Shown piece by piece: positions 55,257 through 64,000 of a stretch of 64,000 nt of DNA. Positions within the stretch are counted from its first letter, which is position 1. Every line of letters begins with the position of its first letter. A program made the position numbers and the translations under genes. Source of the DNA: an uncultured Nitrososphaerota archaeon (GTDB lineage Archaea; Thermoproteota; Methanomethylicia; Nezhaarchaeales; B40-G2); NCBI GenBank assembly GCA_964626365.1, contig CAZVDL010000006.1, positions 144-64,143 on the forward strand, in the 5' to 3' direction. The notes below the pieces were generated by a model. That model ran no database searches. It was not told the DNA's origin and saw only the letters and a list, made by a program, of their open reading frames with translations.

Positions 55257-56051
55257 ATGGAGCGCCCTCTAGCTATGGTTAAGCTGGGTGGCTCCGTGAT
55301 AACCCGCAAGGAGGTAGAGGAGGAGGTCAACGGAGAGGCCCTAGACAGGCTTACCTGGGAGGTAGCTGAAGCCTGGCGCAGCGGCTTAAGCTTGGTCGTG
55401 GTTCATGGGGGAGGCTCCTTCCCCCACCCTAAGGCGGAGAGGTACCGGGTCAACGAGGGCCTCGAGGACGGGGGCGAAACTAAGCTTATGGGCTACTCGC
55501 TCACCCAAGATGCAGCGGCCATGCTCAATAGGCTCGTGGTCTCGAGGCTAATGAGACACGGAGTGCCGGCTGCTGGTCTTCAGCCCTCAGCGATCATGGT
55601 GGCTGAGGGCGGCTCCATCAAGGAGGTCTATGTCGAGGCCCTACGAGCCATGTTAAGGCTAAACCTCGTGCCCGTGCTATACGGGGACGCGGTGATGGAC
55701 TTGAGGAAGGGGTTCTCCATAGCCTCCGCCGAGATGATCATAGAGTCCTTGGCCCCCATACTTAAGCCTAAAAGGATAGTTGTGTGCGTGGACGTAGATG
55801 GTGTCTACGACAAGTACCCAGGAGGGGCGTTGATAGAGCGCATATGGAGGGGCAACATAGACCGCGTCAAGCAGGGGTTAGGCGGCTCAGCGGGCCCCGA
55901 TGTGACCGGCGGGATGCTACACAAGGTCATGACTCTCTACTCCCTGGCCGTTAAAGGGTACCCCTCCATCATAATCAACGGCTTGAAGCCCAACCTCCTA
56001 ATTAAGGCCTTGAAGGGCGAGCCCTGCCCTGGAACGCTGATTGAGGGGTAG
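55257..56051 (+). CDS. ipk: Isopentenyl phosphate kinase
   Basis: KLGGSVIT, HGGGSFPH, PVLYGD, DVTGGM. Confidence 0.9.
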   Translation: MERPLAMVKLGGSVITRKEVEEEVNGEALDRLTWEVAEAWRSGLSLVVVHGGGSFPHPKAERYRVNEGLEDGGETKLMGYSLTQDAAAMLNRLVVSRLMRHGVPAAGLQPSAIMVAEGGSIKEVYVEALRAMLRLNLVPVLYGDAVMDLRKGFSIASAEMIIESLAPILKPKRIVVCVDVDGVYDKYPGGALIERIWRGNIDRVKQGLGGSAGPDVTGGMLHKVMTLYSLAVKGYPSIIINGLKPNLLIKALKGEPCPGTLIEG

Positions 56052-56054
56052 GTT

Positions 56055-56681
56055 TTGGCTGAGGAGGTGCTGGCAAGAATAGCCGAGGAGGTTAAGAACT
56101 GCCGTCGATGCCAGCTCTGGAGCTCTAAGACCAACCCGGTCGTGGGCGAGGGCAACCTAAGCCCAGAGGTCATGTTTATAGGCGAGGCCCCTGGCAAGAA
56201 CGAGGACCTTCAAGGGAGGCCCTTCGTGGGGGCGGCGGGAAAGCTATTGACCGAGCTACTGGAGGGCATCGGGCTTAGAAGGGAGGACGTCTACATAACC
56301 AACGTGTTAAAGTGTAGGCCTCCAGGCAATCGCGACCCGCTGCCTGAGGAGGTTGAAGCCTGCACGCCTTACCTAGACGAGCAGGTTAAGGCGCTTAGGC
56401 CTAAGTTCATAGTGACCCTGGGAAGGTTCTCCACAGCCTACGCGTTCTCTAGGGCCGGTCTAAGCTTCACGAGCATGACCAGGGTGAGGGGGAAGGTGTT
56501 CAGGGCCACCCTCCTCGGCTTAAAGGTGTCCCTAATGCCGACCTATCATCCAGCCGCGGCGCTATACAACCCTAAGCTCAGGGACGAGCTCGTCAAGGAC
56601 TTCAACTCTATTAAGAGGGAGCTTGAGGCGCTCAGGGGAGGATCCACGGGCAGGTCCTTAAGCCTGAGCGACTTCATGTAA
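56055..56681 (+). CDS. udg: Family-4 uracil-DNA glycosylase
   Basis: CxxC, GEAPG, PFVG, KCRPP, YHPAA. Confidence 0.96.
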   Translation: MAEEVLARIAEEVKNCRRCQLWSSKTNPVVGEGNLSPEVMFIGEAPGKNEDLQGRPFVGAAGKLLTELLEGIGLRREDVYITNVLKCRPPGNRDPLPEEVEACTPYLDEQVKALRPKFIVTLGRFSTAYAFSRAGLSFTSMTRVRGKVFRATLLGLKVSLMPTYHPAAALYNPKLRDELVKDFNSIKRELEALRGGSTGRSLSLSDFM

Positions 56682-56701
56682 TAGCTAAAAAGTCGAGGTG
56701 G

Positions 56702-56935
56702 TTAAGCCTCCATCAAGGTCTCGGTGCTCCTCACGCCATCCATGGAGTTGATCTTGGCGGTTATCTCAGACAGCTTCCTCGGGTCCTCGACCTCCAGGAA
56801 GCTAGCTATGTCGAACCTCCCGAAGACGAAGTACGCTTTCTTGACCTCGGGTATCTCCCTAAGCGACCTCAATATCAGGTCCATCTTGGTGGGGACCGCT
56901 TTTATGAGGACGCAGGCCTTAACCATGGCTCCCAC
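56702..56935 (-). CDS. Stand-alone Lrp/AsnC ligand-binding (RAM) domain protein
   Basis: VFGRFDI, GVRSTETL; no HTH. Confidence 0.88.
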   Translation of the reverse strand: MGAMVKACVLIKAVPTKMDLILRSLREIPEVKKAYFVFGRFDIASFLEVEDPRKLSEITAKINSMDGVRSTETLMEA

Positions 56936-57166
56936 CTAAACCTGGATCTCGATTAAGGTCTCAGTGAACACGACCCCCGCCAACCTACCTATCCTCATAG
57001 CTACGTTGCTTAGGCTCCTATAGTCCTCGGCCTCGAGGTCCACCACCACGTCGTATCTCCCCAGCACCGTGAAGGCGTCCTTAACCTCCTTGAACTGCTT
57101 AACCCTCTCAGCTACCTCCCTAAACCTCCCTCTCTCGCTCCTAATCAACATACAGGCCCTTATCAT
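56936..57166 (-). CDS. Stand-alone Lrp/AsnC ligand-binding (RAM) domain protein
   Basis: VLGRYDVV, GVVFTETL; no HTH. Confidence 0.88.
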   Translation of the reverse strand: MIRACMLIRSERGRFREVAERVKQFKEVKDAFTVLGRYDVVVDLEAEDYRSLSNVAMRIGRLAGVVFTETLIEIQV

Positions 57167-57169
57167 AGC

Positions 57170-58222
57170 CTAGGCACCCGTGGAAAACTCAGCGCCAACC
57201 CCTTTAAGCTTAGAGGCCAGCGCTCTCCATAGATGCTCCTCGACAGGCTCTTTAACCTCCACCTCTCTCCCATCGGCTGTCACTAGGCATAGCGAGTCGC
57301 CCTCAACCACCTCCCCTATGACCTGGGCCTCGACGCCCATCTCCCTGATCCTTCTCGATATTTTGTCGGCGGCGTCAGGCCTAGCGGCTATGATGAGGGA
57401 GCCTGAACTGATGGTTCTGAGGGGGTCTATGCCTAGCGCCTGACACAGCCTTCTGGTTTTAGGGTCGACGGGTATCAGCTTCTCGTACACCTTAACTCCG
57501 ACCTTGGAGGCCCATACAAGCTCCTGCAACGCTCCTAGTATCCCTCCCTCCGTGGCATCATGCATGGCTGTGACCCCTCCAGCCTCCACGGCTGCGAGAG
57601 CCTCTTTAACTACGCTTATCCTCCTCAGCATAGACTTCATCTCCTCGATATCCTCTGAGTTGAAGAGGCCCCTGAGCTCGTCCTCAAGCTCATAGGCTAT
57701 GATAGCTGTGCCTTCAAGCGCCGCGGCCTTAGTCATTAATAGCTTGTCTCCAGGCCTAGCTCCACCCGTGGTGACGTACCGGTCTTTAGGGGCCTCCCCA
57801 AGGGCGGCCACCACGATGATGTTCCTGCTTAGCCCAGCCACTACCTCGCTGTGGCCCCCAACCACGGATACCTCGAGCTCCTTACAGGCCTCGTCCACCT
57901 GCCTCGTTAACGCATCGAGCTCCTCTTCGCCCACTCCTTCACGTAATAGGAAGGTTAGGAGCATCCAGAGGGGTTTAGCCCCCCTCACCGCTATGTCGTT
58001 GGCAGCCACGTTGATGGCCAGCCATCCTAGGTTCTCAGTGGCGCCTGTTATGGGGTCTACGTGGGCTACGAGGACCCTATCGCCCAGGTCTATGACCGCG
58101 GCGTCCTCGCCCACCCTCGGCCCCACTAGCACCCTCGCATTAAGCGTGCCGAGCCTGTTGAAAACTAGCTGGCTAAGTACGTCGGGAGGCAGCTTCCCGT
58201 AGAGAGGTAGCCGTGGCTTCAT
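57170..58222 (-). CDS. AIR-synthase (PurM/HypE-like) family ATP-binding protein
   Basis: GKLP, GEDAA, DPIT, ANDIA, GGHSE, MHDATEGG. Confidence 0.88.
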   Translation of the reverse strand: MKPRLPLYGKLPPDVLSQLVFNRLGTLNARVLVGPRVGEDAAVIDLGDRVLVAHVDPITGATENLGWLAINVAANDIAVRGAKPLWMLLTFLLREGVGEEELDALTRQVDEACKELEVSVVGGHSEVVAGLSRNIIVVAALGEAPKDRYVTTGGARPGDKLLMTKAAALEGTAIIAYELEDELRGLFNSEDIEEMKSMLRRISVVKEALAAVEAGGVTAMHDATEGGILGALQELVWASKVGVKVYEKLIPVDPKTRRLCQALGIDPLRTISSGSLIIAARPDAADKISRRIREMGVEAQVIGEVVEGDSLCLVTADGREVEVKEPVEEHLWRALASKLKGVGAEFSTGA

Positions 58223-58290
58223 GTAGAGCGCAACCTTTTTACCTCTACTACGTCAGCTAAGGATTTATTAGTATTGTTGAGGTTTGCAAA

Positions 58291-59217
58291 ATGCTAGGAG
58301 AGGCCGTCAGCGAGGAGGAGATCTACAGGGTTTACCAGGCCCTAGGCAACCCTCAGCGCAGGAAGATAATTTACCTACTGGGTAGCCGTGGCCCGTTACC
58401 CTTCTCCGAGCTTAAAAAGAGCCTCAACATAAGCGTGGGGAGCCTCTACTATAACCTCGACCAGCTAAGGGACCTCGTGTTTCAAGGGCCAGATAAGCGG
58501 TATGCACTCACCAGCAAGGGGATGGCCGTCTACAACCTGCTGAGGAGAGAGGACGACATACTCGAGCCCGTGACCTCTAGCTCCTCCCTACCCTCCTGGG
58601 CGTGGAGAGTCTTCAGCTTAATACGTCAAGCCTTCTTCCCCAGGGAGCTGTTAAGCATCTTCTACGCTCAGCGGGGGGTTAGGGTAGCTCTCTCAGTCAT
58701 CGCCGTGATGCTCGGTGTGCTGGTGTGCTCATTTACGGGGACCGACGTCTTCCTGACCTACATTAGGACGGGCTTTAAGGGCACTCTCTCGATACCCGAG
58801 CTAAGCCTCTACCTACACATGGACCCTATGCTTCTAGCCGCGCTGACCTTCATAGCTACCTGGCTAGTGCTCTCGCTCATACCGTACGCGGTGGTTAGCG
58901 CTTTAAAGTGGGAGTGGTGCTGGGATAAGTTGGTCCGCTTCTTAGAGGGCTCCGCCTTAAGCACGCTGCCCTTGACGGTGTACGTCGCTGTTCACAACGC
59001 TGTGGTGAGCTCGGGAGCCGTCGGCTACGCGGTGTTCCTAGCTTTAGGCGCTTTCTTCGCTCTCTCCTGGGCCTTAATGGTGGGCTTCATAGCCGCCTGC
59101 CTAAGCATAGTTAAGCGCATAAGCGGCTCTAGGGCCCTCATAATAATGGTGGTCGTAGCCTACCTATGCTTAATGGCTCAGCAGGCTATCATAGTTAAGT
59201 GGTTCGTAACCCCATGA
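58291..59217 (+). CDS. Membrane-anchored ArsR-like wHTH regulator with about 5 C-terminal TM helices
   Basis: ALGNPQRRKII...SVGSLYYNL...YALTSKG followed by hydrophobic helices. Confidence 0.85.
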   Translation: MLGEAVSEEEIYRVYQALGNPQRRKIIYLLGSRGPLPFSELKKSLNISVGSLYYNLDQLRDLVFQGPDKRYALTSKGMAVYNLLRREDDILEPVTSSSSLPSWAWRVFSLIRQAFFPRELLSIFYAQRGVRVALSVIAVMLGVLVCSFTGTDVFLTYIRTGFKGTLSIPELSLYLHMDPMLLAALTFIATWLVLSLIPYAVVSALKWEWCWDKLVRFLEGSALSTLPLTVYVAVHNAVVSSGAVGYAVFLALGAFFALSWALMVGFIAACLSIVKRISGSRALIIMVVVAYLCLMAQQAIIVKWFVTP

Positions 59218-60844
59218 AGCTTACCAGCCTGCTAGGCGTTTTTCTTAAGCCTAGCTCCTCTTCCAGCTCCCCCTTAACTAAGTCCTCGTAGGCGTGGATC
59301 TTAACGGGGACGGCGAACTTAATCCCTGAGGGAGGGGACACTATCAACGCCTCGCCCCGATCTAAGGCCTTTATTTCCTGGGCTGCCCTCTCCAAGTAGG
59401 GGCTGTACTGTATCACCTTGGAGTAGTCGGGCTTAGTGGGCAGAGGCAGTATGACCTTAGTTAGCTGCTGCCTTATAATGGGCTCATCTAGCTCGCCCGG
59501 CATCTGGGTGATGCAGCATAGCCCGACCCTATACTTCCTGCCGCGCTTGCTTATGGTCGAGAACACGTTCTCCCTCCTAGACCCTCCTTCATGGAGAGCC
59601 GACTTGGAGAGGTAGCGATGGGCCTCCTCCACCATTATCAGCACTGTGGGCAGCTTCTCCCACTCCTCAGGCGCCTCCTTTCTCATAGCCTCGTAGTAAG
59701 CGAAGACCCTCCTAGCCACCACGACGTTCAACAGTTTCTCCTGCTCCTCCGAAGCGCTGGGCATGTCAATTAAGACCACCTTCCCCCTAGCCACAGCGTT
59801 AACCAGGGACTTAATGAGGTCGGTGTCGCAGTTGTTCGGCTTAAACACGGAGCGGTCGCCCAGCATTCTCCTAAGCTTGCGCTTAGTCACGGCTATGGTT
59901 ACCTTCTGCACCCTCTTACCTAGGTCCCTGTAAAGCCACTCAGGGTCGACCTCCATCATCCTCTGGAGCCACTTATCACCGTACCAGTTCCACGCCAGCC
60001 ACAGCAACGACTCCTGAGGAGGCGTGAACTCACCTGTCTGACAGAAGTCCTCTGGGTGTAGCTGGCTCCAAGAAATCTCCAGCGGGTGGGCGGCTATGCT
60101 CCTCGTAAGCTCGTGGCCGTTGTAGCGGAACCTAAACTCAACCCTACACACCGTCGACACCTTGCTGGTCACGTAGAAGAGCCTCGAGGAGGCGTGGAGA
60201 GAGTGCGCCAACCCCATGTGTGAGGGGTCGCCGCCGTCGAAGTACTCGCTCTCCGTGTCTATTATGATCAGGCTGTAGCGGCCCTCAGGCGCCTTCATAA
60301 CGTTCCACGCTAACACCTTCCCGAAGTTGGTCTTCCCGCCGCCAGTTATGGAACACACGAGCACGTGGTGGGGGAAGGCCTTAAAGCCCACCAGGGACAC
60401 CTTGCTACCCGTCGCCCTATGTCCCACTCTCACCCAGCCCACCTCTATGTCCCCTACGTCGAGGCTCAGTTGAGCTAGGTCTTCCTCGTCTAGGTCCTCT
60501 ACCACTGAGAACAGCCTAGGGGAACCTGTAGGTCCGTGGCATTCGCCGTCCTCATCCACCTGGGCTACGAGGGTGGCGAGTGCCGTGTCGTAGTACCTAA
60601 GCGGGCCGTCGAAGATCTCGGCTCTCTCACCTAGCACCTTCCTATGGGAGATCCTAGCTATCTCGGCGGGCGTAAATAGGGCCTCAGGCTTAAACCCGTA
60701 GACCCTGGCTATGAACCTGGTTGAGCCGTCCTCTATCTTCACAAGCTGCCCTCTCTCAACCTTGACCCCCTCGTTGACCCTAAACTTGACGGATAGCCCC
60801 TCCACCCACACTATTACCCCAAGCCTCAAAAGATGGACCCCCAC
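59195..60844 (-). CDS. herA: HerA-family ATPase/translocase
   Basis: HAS-barrel-like N-terminus, Walker A SITGGGKT, Walker B IMVEEAH, RGRKYRVGLCCITQMP. Confidence 0.9.
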   Translation of the reverse strand: MGVHLLRLGVIVWVEGLSVKFRVNEGVKVERGQLVKIEDGSTRFIARVYGFKPEALFTPAEIARISHRKVLGERAEIFDGPLRYYDTALATLVAQVDEDGECHGPTGSPRLFSVVEDLDEEDLAQLSLDVGDIEVGWVRVGHRATGSKVSLVGFKAFPHHVLVCSITGGGKTNFGKVLAWNVMKAPEGRYSLIIIDTESEYFDGGDPSHMGLAHSLHASSRLFYVTSKVSTVCRVEFRFRYNGHELTRSIAAHPLEISWSQLHPEDFCQTGEFTPPQESLLWLAWNWYGDKWLQRMMEVDPEWLYRDLGKRVQKVTIAVTKRKLRRMLGDRSVFKPNNCDTDLIKSLVNAVARGKVVLIDMPSASEEQEKLLNVVVARRVFAYYEAMRKEAPEEWEKLPTVLIMVEEAHRYLSKSALHEGGSRRENVFSTISKRGRKYRVGLCCITQMPGELDEPIIRQQLTKVILPLPTKPDYSKVIQYSPYLERAAQEIKALDRGEALIVSPPSGIKFAVPVKIHAYEDLVKGELEEELGLRKTPSRLVSFMGLRTT

Positions 60845-61848
60845 AGAGCCTCCTCCTTAAAGCTCGAGGACCTAACGTCCGATAGGAACCTTTCAAGAAG
60901 CCCTCTCCTAGCTAGCTCCTCGAGGAGCAGCGCCCGATCGACCTCAACCTCGTACTCGGTTATCTTTGCATCCTCGTGAACTCCTCTAACTGGGTACGGG
61001 TAGCCGGGCGTTGAGGCGTCCTGTAGGAAGGCGAGCTCGCCTAGGTAGCGCTCTAGGTCGCCCTCAGCCAACGCCCTCCTGCTAGCGTCCACCCTAAAGG
61101 CGTGCTCGGCTTCGCCGCTAAACTTGACTATACAGGGCTCGCCCACGTACCATGGAGGGTACTGCGAGGACTTAAAGACGGGATGGTAGAACCAGGCCGA
61201 GCCTCTCAACAACCTGCTGCCCCTGTAGTTTAAATATCCTATCAGCGACTCGCCGGTGTTCAGCTTCAACTTAGAAGCCTTGCACACGCCCATTAACACG
61301 ACGCCCCTGCCCCAAAGCTCGTCGTCGAGCTCCTCCAGCAACCTCCTAGTTTCCTCTCTCAGCGCTGGGACCGCCATAAGCGGCCTGTCGAGGACGCAGT
61401 AGTCCCCTGGACCTAAGTCCTCGATGGCCTTCTCAATCTCCTCCAGCTCGGCTCTAAGGAGGACCTCCTTAGCGTCCAGCTTGCTAAACACGAGGGCGAA
61501 GCGTTTACGGATAGGATAGCGCCTTGGAAGCGACCTCCATCTCCACACCGCCGCGGCGACCTTGATCAACACGACCTTGAAGCTGCCGCAGTCGAAAAGG
61601 ACCTTCATCGAGGCGTCGACCGACAGAAAGCGCCTCCTATTAGGGAGAGGGTTGAGCACCCTAAACCTCCTATCGTCGATCTTAGGTCCCTCAATAAGCC
61701 TCCCACCCACCGACAACACGGGGCGTAGCTCGACTCCACCCTCAAAGCCTCCACGCTCGGAATAGAGGCCTTCAAGCACCTCAGCTACCTCGTGAACCCC
61801 CTGCACCATCGATATCAGCGCGAGGCTGGCGGCGCTGTGCCCACTCAA
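60826..61848 (-). CDS. nurA: NurA-family nuclease
   Basis: SVDAS, VLDRPL, GVCKAS, GYPYPVRGVHEDAKI; adjacent to herA. Confidence 0.85.
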   Translation of the reverse strand: MSGHSAASLALISMVQGVHEVAEVLEGLYSERGGFEGGVELRPVLSVGGRLIEGPKIDDRRFRVLNPLPNRRRFLSVDASMKVLFDCGSFKVVLIKVAAAVWRWRSLPRRYPIRKRFALVFSKLDAKEVLLRAELEEIEKAIEDLGPGDYCVLDRPLMAVPALREETRRLLEELDDELWGRGVVLMGVCKASKLKLNTGESLIGYLNYRGSRLLRGSAWFYHPVFKSSQYPPWYVGEPCIVKFSGEAEHAFRVDASRRALAEGDLERYLGELAFLQDASTPGYPYPVRGVHEDAKITEYEVEVDRALLLEELARRGLLERFLSDVRSSSFKEEALWGSIF

Positions 61849-62040
61849 TAATGACCCCTACTTCTCGGCCTTCAATGCTTATTAAGGCCTACGACGCGCT
61901 CACCTCCAACAAGACCGTACCGCTTTAAATTGTACACCTCCCTCAACCTGCTACCAAGCCATGGGTAGCTTAACCGTTAGAGACTGTGAGTGAAAGTTAA
62001 GTGCAGCGAGACACAGATTAGGTGATACATGGATAGTAAC

Positions 62041-62076
62041 AAAAGGTATATAACTGGACACGCGCTATATATGTCC
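62041..62076 (+). promoter_or_regulatory. BRE/TATA with downstream GGACA-N11-TGTCC inverted repeat
   Basis: aaaaggTATATAA then GGACA 62056-60 and TGTCC 62072-76. Confidence 0.45.
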
Positions 62077-62090
62077 GTAACGAGGGGTAG

Positions 62091-62909
62091 TTGATGGTAG
62101 TGCTGGTGTGCATGGTCGGCCACGACTACCAGAGAATCATCGACGGGGTCAACTATTGGAGAGCCCGAGAGCCCCTCGAAACCATATATCTGATCTACGA
62201 CCGTAAACGCGACAAGTACGGGTATTCCTCTAAGGTAAACGCGAAGGAGCTATCAGAGGCTCTAGCCTTCGCTGGACAGAAACCTGAACTAGTTGGAGTA
62301 AACCCTCAAAGCTACGAGGACGTCTTCGCGGCGCTCTACGGCATACTTAGGAGGGAAGTCGACGAGAGGGGCAGGAAGGTATTGATAGATGCTACCTCGA
62401 CCACTAAGGAAGCCTACGGGGCGGTGGTCACGGTGTCCCTCATGTTTCCCAACGTCTCGATATACATAGTGCCTCCAGCTGAGCGAGGCTGGTACGTCCC
62501 AGATCCAAGCTCGCCTGGATTTGAAGACTGGTTTAATAAAGTGAGGAATGTGAGGGGCTTAACCCCCCAAGAAATTTATCTCCCAGGCTTTAGGCTCGAG
62601 AAGCCCTCTGAAGAGGAGGAGAGAGTTCTACTGGCCCTAGAAGCCCACGGAGGACGAGCCGACTCGATCAAGTCGTTGATAGCGTGGTGCGGCGAGGACC
62701 CAACTAACCCAGCGACTAAGAACAGGTTTAGTAGGCTGATCGATAAGCTGGTAGCTAAGGGTATCGTGGCTGAAGGGCCGGCCACTAAGACCAAGCCAGT
62801 CTACTTAACTAATTTCGGGTTGGTCCTAGCTAAGGCCCTAAGAACCTACTACTCCTCCACCACGAACCTAGGCAGACAGCCCTTAGAGATACCCGCAGTT
62901 TTAAAGTAA
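62091..62909 (+). CDS. CARF-like Rossmann domain + wHTH regulator (DUF6293/Csa3-like)
   Basis: VCMVGHDYQRI, IYLIY, VLIDATSTTK (compare NxSxGxK), YIVP; C-terminal wHTH IDKLVAKGIV...YLTNFG. Confidence 0.75.
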   Translation: MMVVLVCMVGHDYQRIIDGVNYWRAREPLETIYLIYDRKRDKYGYSSKVNAKELSEALAFAGQKPELVGVNPQSYEDVFAALYGILRREVDERGRKVLIDATSTTKEAYGAVVTVSLMFPNVSIYIVPPAERGWYVPDPSSPGFEDWFNKVRNVRGLTPQEIYLPGFRLEKPSEEEERVLLALEAHGGRADSIKSLIAWCGEDPTNPATKNRFSRLIDKLVAKGIVAEGPATKTKPVYLTNFGLVLAKALRTYYSSTTNLGRQPLEIPAVLK

Positions 62910-63210
62910 CGAGGATTGGGCACGGCCACGCATACTTACGGACCGTGTGTAGCTCCCGATACACTAACATAGCTAAGGTAGCCGTGGCAACCTTGAAGTT
63001 TCGGTCTTCTTAGACAAGTTATAGGCTGAAGCTTGGAGCTTAAGTCACGTAGCTTCCGTACAGTCCAAGTGGCTCCTTAACTGTTCCATGTGTAACGGGG
63101 ACTGTAGCCAAGAAGAGTGTTTACATTATATAGTGTCGATGCTAGGCTATTTAGTCGGCGAGCGAGAGCTTGATATTAGCCTAAGGGGTGGAGGAGGTCG
63201 GGGGTTAGGT

Positions 63211-63774
63211 TTGGACTTAATGGAGGCCATTAAGGGCCGTAGGAGCATAAGGAGGTTTAAGCCTGATGCCGTCGAGGAATGGAAGCTGAGAGAGGTGTTG
63301 GAGGCCGCTAGATGGGCCCCTTCATGGGCCAACACTCAGTGCTGGAGGTTCATAGTCGTCAAGGAGCCTGGGCTTAGAGCTAAGATTGCAGAGGCCGTGC
63401 CCGAGGGGAATAGAGGCAAGAAGGCCATCTTAGAGGCCCCGATTGTGGTAGTCTTATGCGCTGAGAGGGGCAAGTCAGGCTTCATCAGAGGCTCCCCGGG
63501 CAGCGACAAAGGAGACTGGTGGTTTATGTTCGATTCAGCTTTAGCAGCCCAGAACCTCACCTTAGCCGCCTACGCGCTGGGCCTAGGCTCGCTGCATATA
63601 GGCTGGTTCGACGCGGCCAAGGTTAAGGAGCTGATAAAGGTGCCCGACGGCTTCGAGGTCGTGGAGCTCATAGTGCTGGGTTATCCAGGCGAGGAGCCTA
63701 AGCCCACGTCTAGGAAGGAGCTAAGCGAGATAGTGTTCGCTGAGCGCTTCGGTCAGCCTTACGAGTTTAAGTAG
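63211..63774 (+). CDS. Nitroreductase family protein
   Basis: AIKGRRSIRRF, APSWANTQCWRF, GLGSLHIG, LGYP; TTG 63211 preferred to ATG 63088. Confidence 0.92.
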   Translation: MDLMEAIKGRRSIRRFKPDAVEEWKLREVLEAARWAPSWANTQCWRFIVVKEPGLRAKIAEAVPEGNRGKKAILEAPIVVVLCAERGKSGFIRGSPGSDKGDWWFMFDSALAAQNLTLAAYALGLGSLHIGWFDAAKVKELIKVPDGFEVVELIVLGYPGEEPKPTSRKELSEIVFAERFGQPYEFK

Positions 63775-63787
63775 TAGCTTTTGCTGT

Positions 63788-64000
63788 TCAACGCTGGCCG
63801 CCGTAAGCGAAGAATTCCTTTAGCCTCGACGCTACGTCGCCCTCCAAGTAAAGGTGGTCGAATACAGCGCCGTTAGCCTGCCTTAGTTTAAGGCACTCGA
63901 CAAGCTCTGAGAACCTACCTCCCGCCAGGCCGTTAGCTATTATGGCAGCCCCCTCAGCGGCCTCCTTAGCCACCTTAGCCCTACTGCGCAGCCTCCTCAC
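63788..64000 (-). CDS. C-terminal part of an unidentified protein running off the window
   Basis: Open frame to the window edge; AAEGAAIIANGLAGG. Confidence 0.6.
   Translation of the reverse strand: MRRLRSRAKVAKEAAEGAAIIANGLAGGRFSELVECLKLRQANGAVFDHLYLEGDVASRLKEFFAYGGQR

Noticed and set aside
57170-58222. Selenophosphate synthetase or true HypE
   Set aside because: No N-terminal Cys/Sec-x-x-Lys motif and no C-terminal PRIC
63088-63210. Cys-rich N-terminal extension of the nitroreductase
   Set aside because: The family N-terminus (MDLMEAIKGRRS) starts at 63211; the extension covers AT-rich promoter-like sequence
1-64000. tRNA or rRNA genes
   Set aside because: No T-arm GTTCRANYC within a cloverleaf and no rRNA-like stretch seen in any intergenic gap
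1-64000. Numerous antisense ORFs in the six-frame track (e.g. 7222-7611, 45577-46041, 57699-58202)
   Set aside because: Ser/Thr/Leu-rich shadows opposite well-supported genes, expected from this codon usage

Overview
Gene-dense, GC-rich archaeal chromosomal segment. Markers (eS25, Alba, a ThermoDBP-related protein, archaemetzincin, IP kinase, cofC/cofD, hypA, core methionine synthase, a CFI-box-CTERM protein) point to a thermophilic anaerobic TACK archaeon, possibly a Nezhaarchaeales/Methanomethylicia-like lineage (inference only). About 70 CDS, two frameshifted pseudogenes (HEPN, GYD-domain) and two box C/D guide sRNA candidates are recognisable. I found no tRNA, rRNA, CRISPR array, integrase or transposase. 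The most unusual locus is 37.4-46.3 kb: three complex-I/Mrp antiporter-like subunits (NuoN-, NuoL- and NuoM-type signatures) with no redox or small Mrp subunits, in one operon with TrkA/RCK genes. Two more RCK genes lie divergently, and next to them is a CBS-less CLC transporter with Cys-substituted signature motifs; no TrkH/KtrB pore is in the window. Two of the antiporter genes share an exact 72-bp tract suggesting gene conversion. Other leads are an FbiB-C/FbiE-like reductase beside cofD, a PIP-box-bearing AEP primase-polymerase fusion, a solo NurA-HerA pair divergent from a CARF-like wHTH regulator, a DPM2-like membrane protein, a SET-like beta-clip mini-protein behind Sir2, and palindromic operators. 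All family calls come from motif recognition by eye; no database searches were run.
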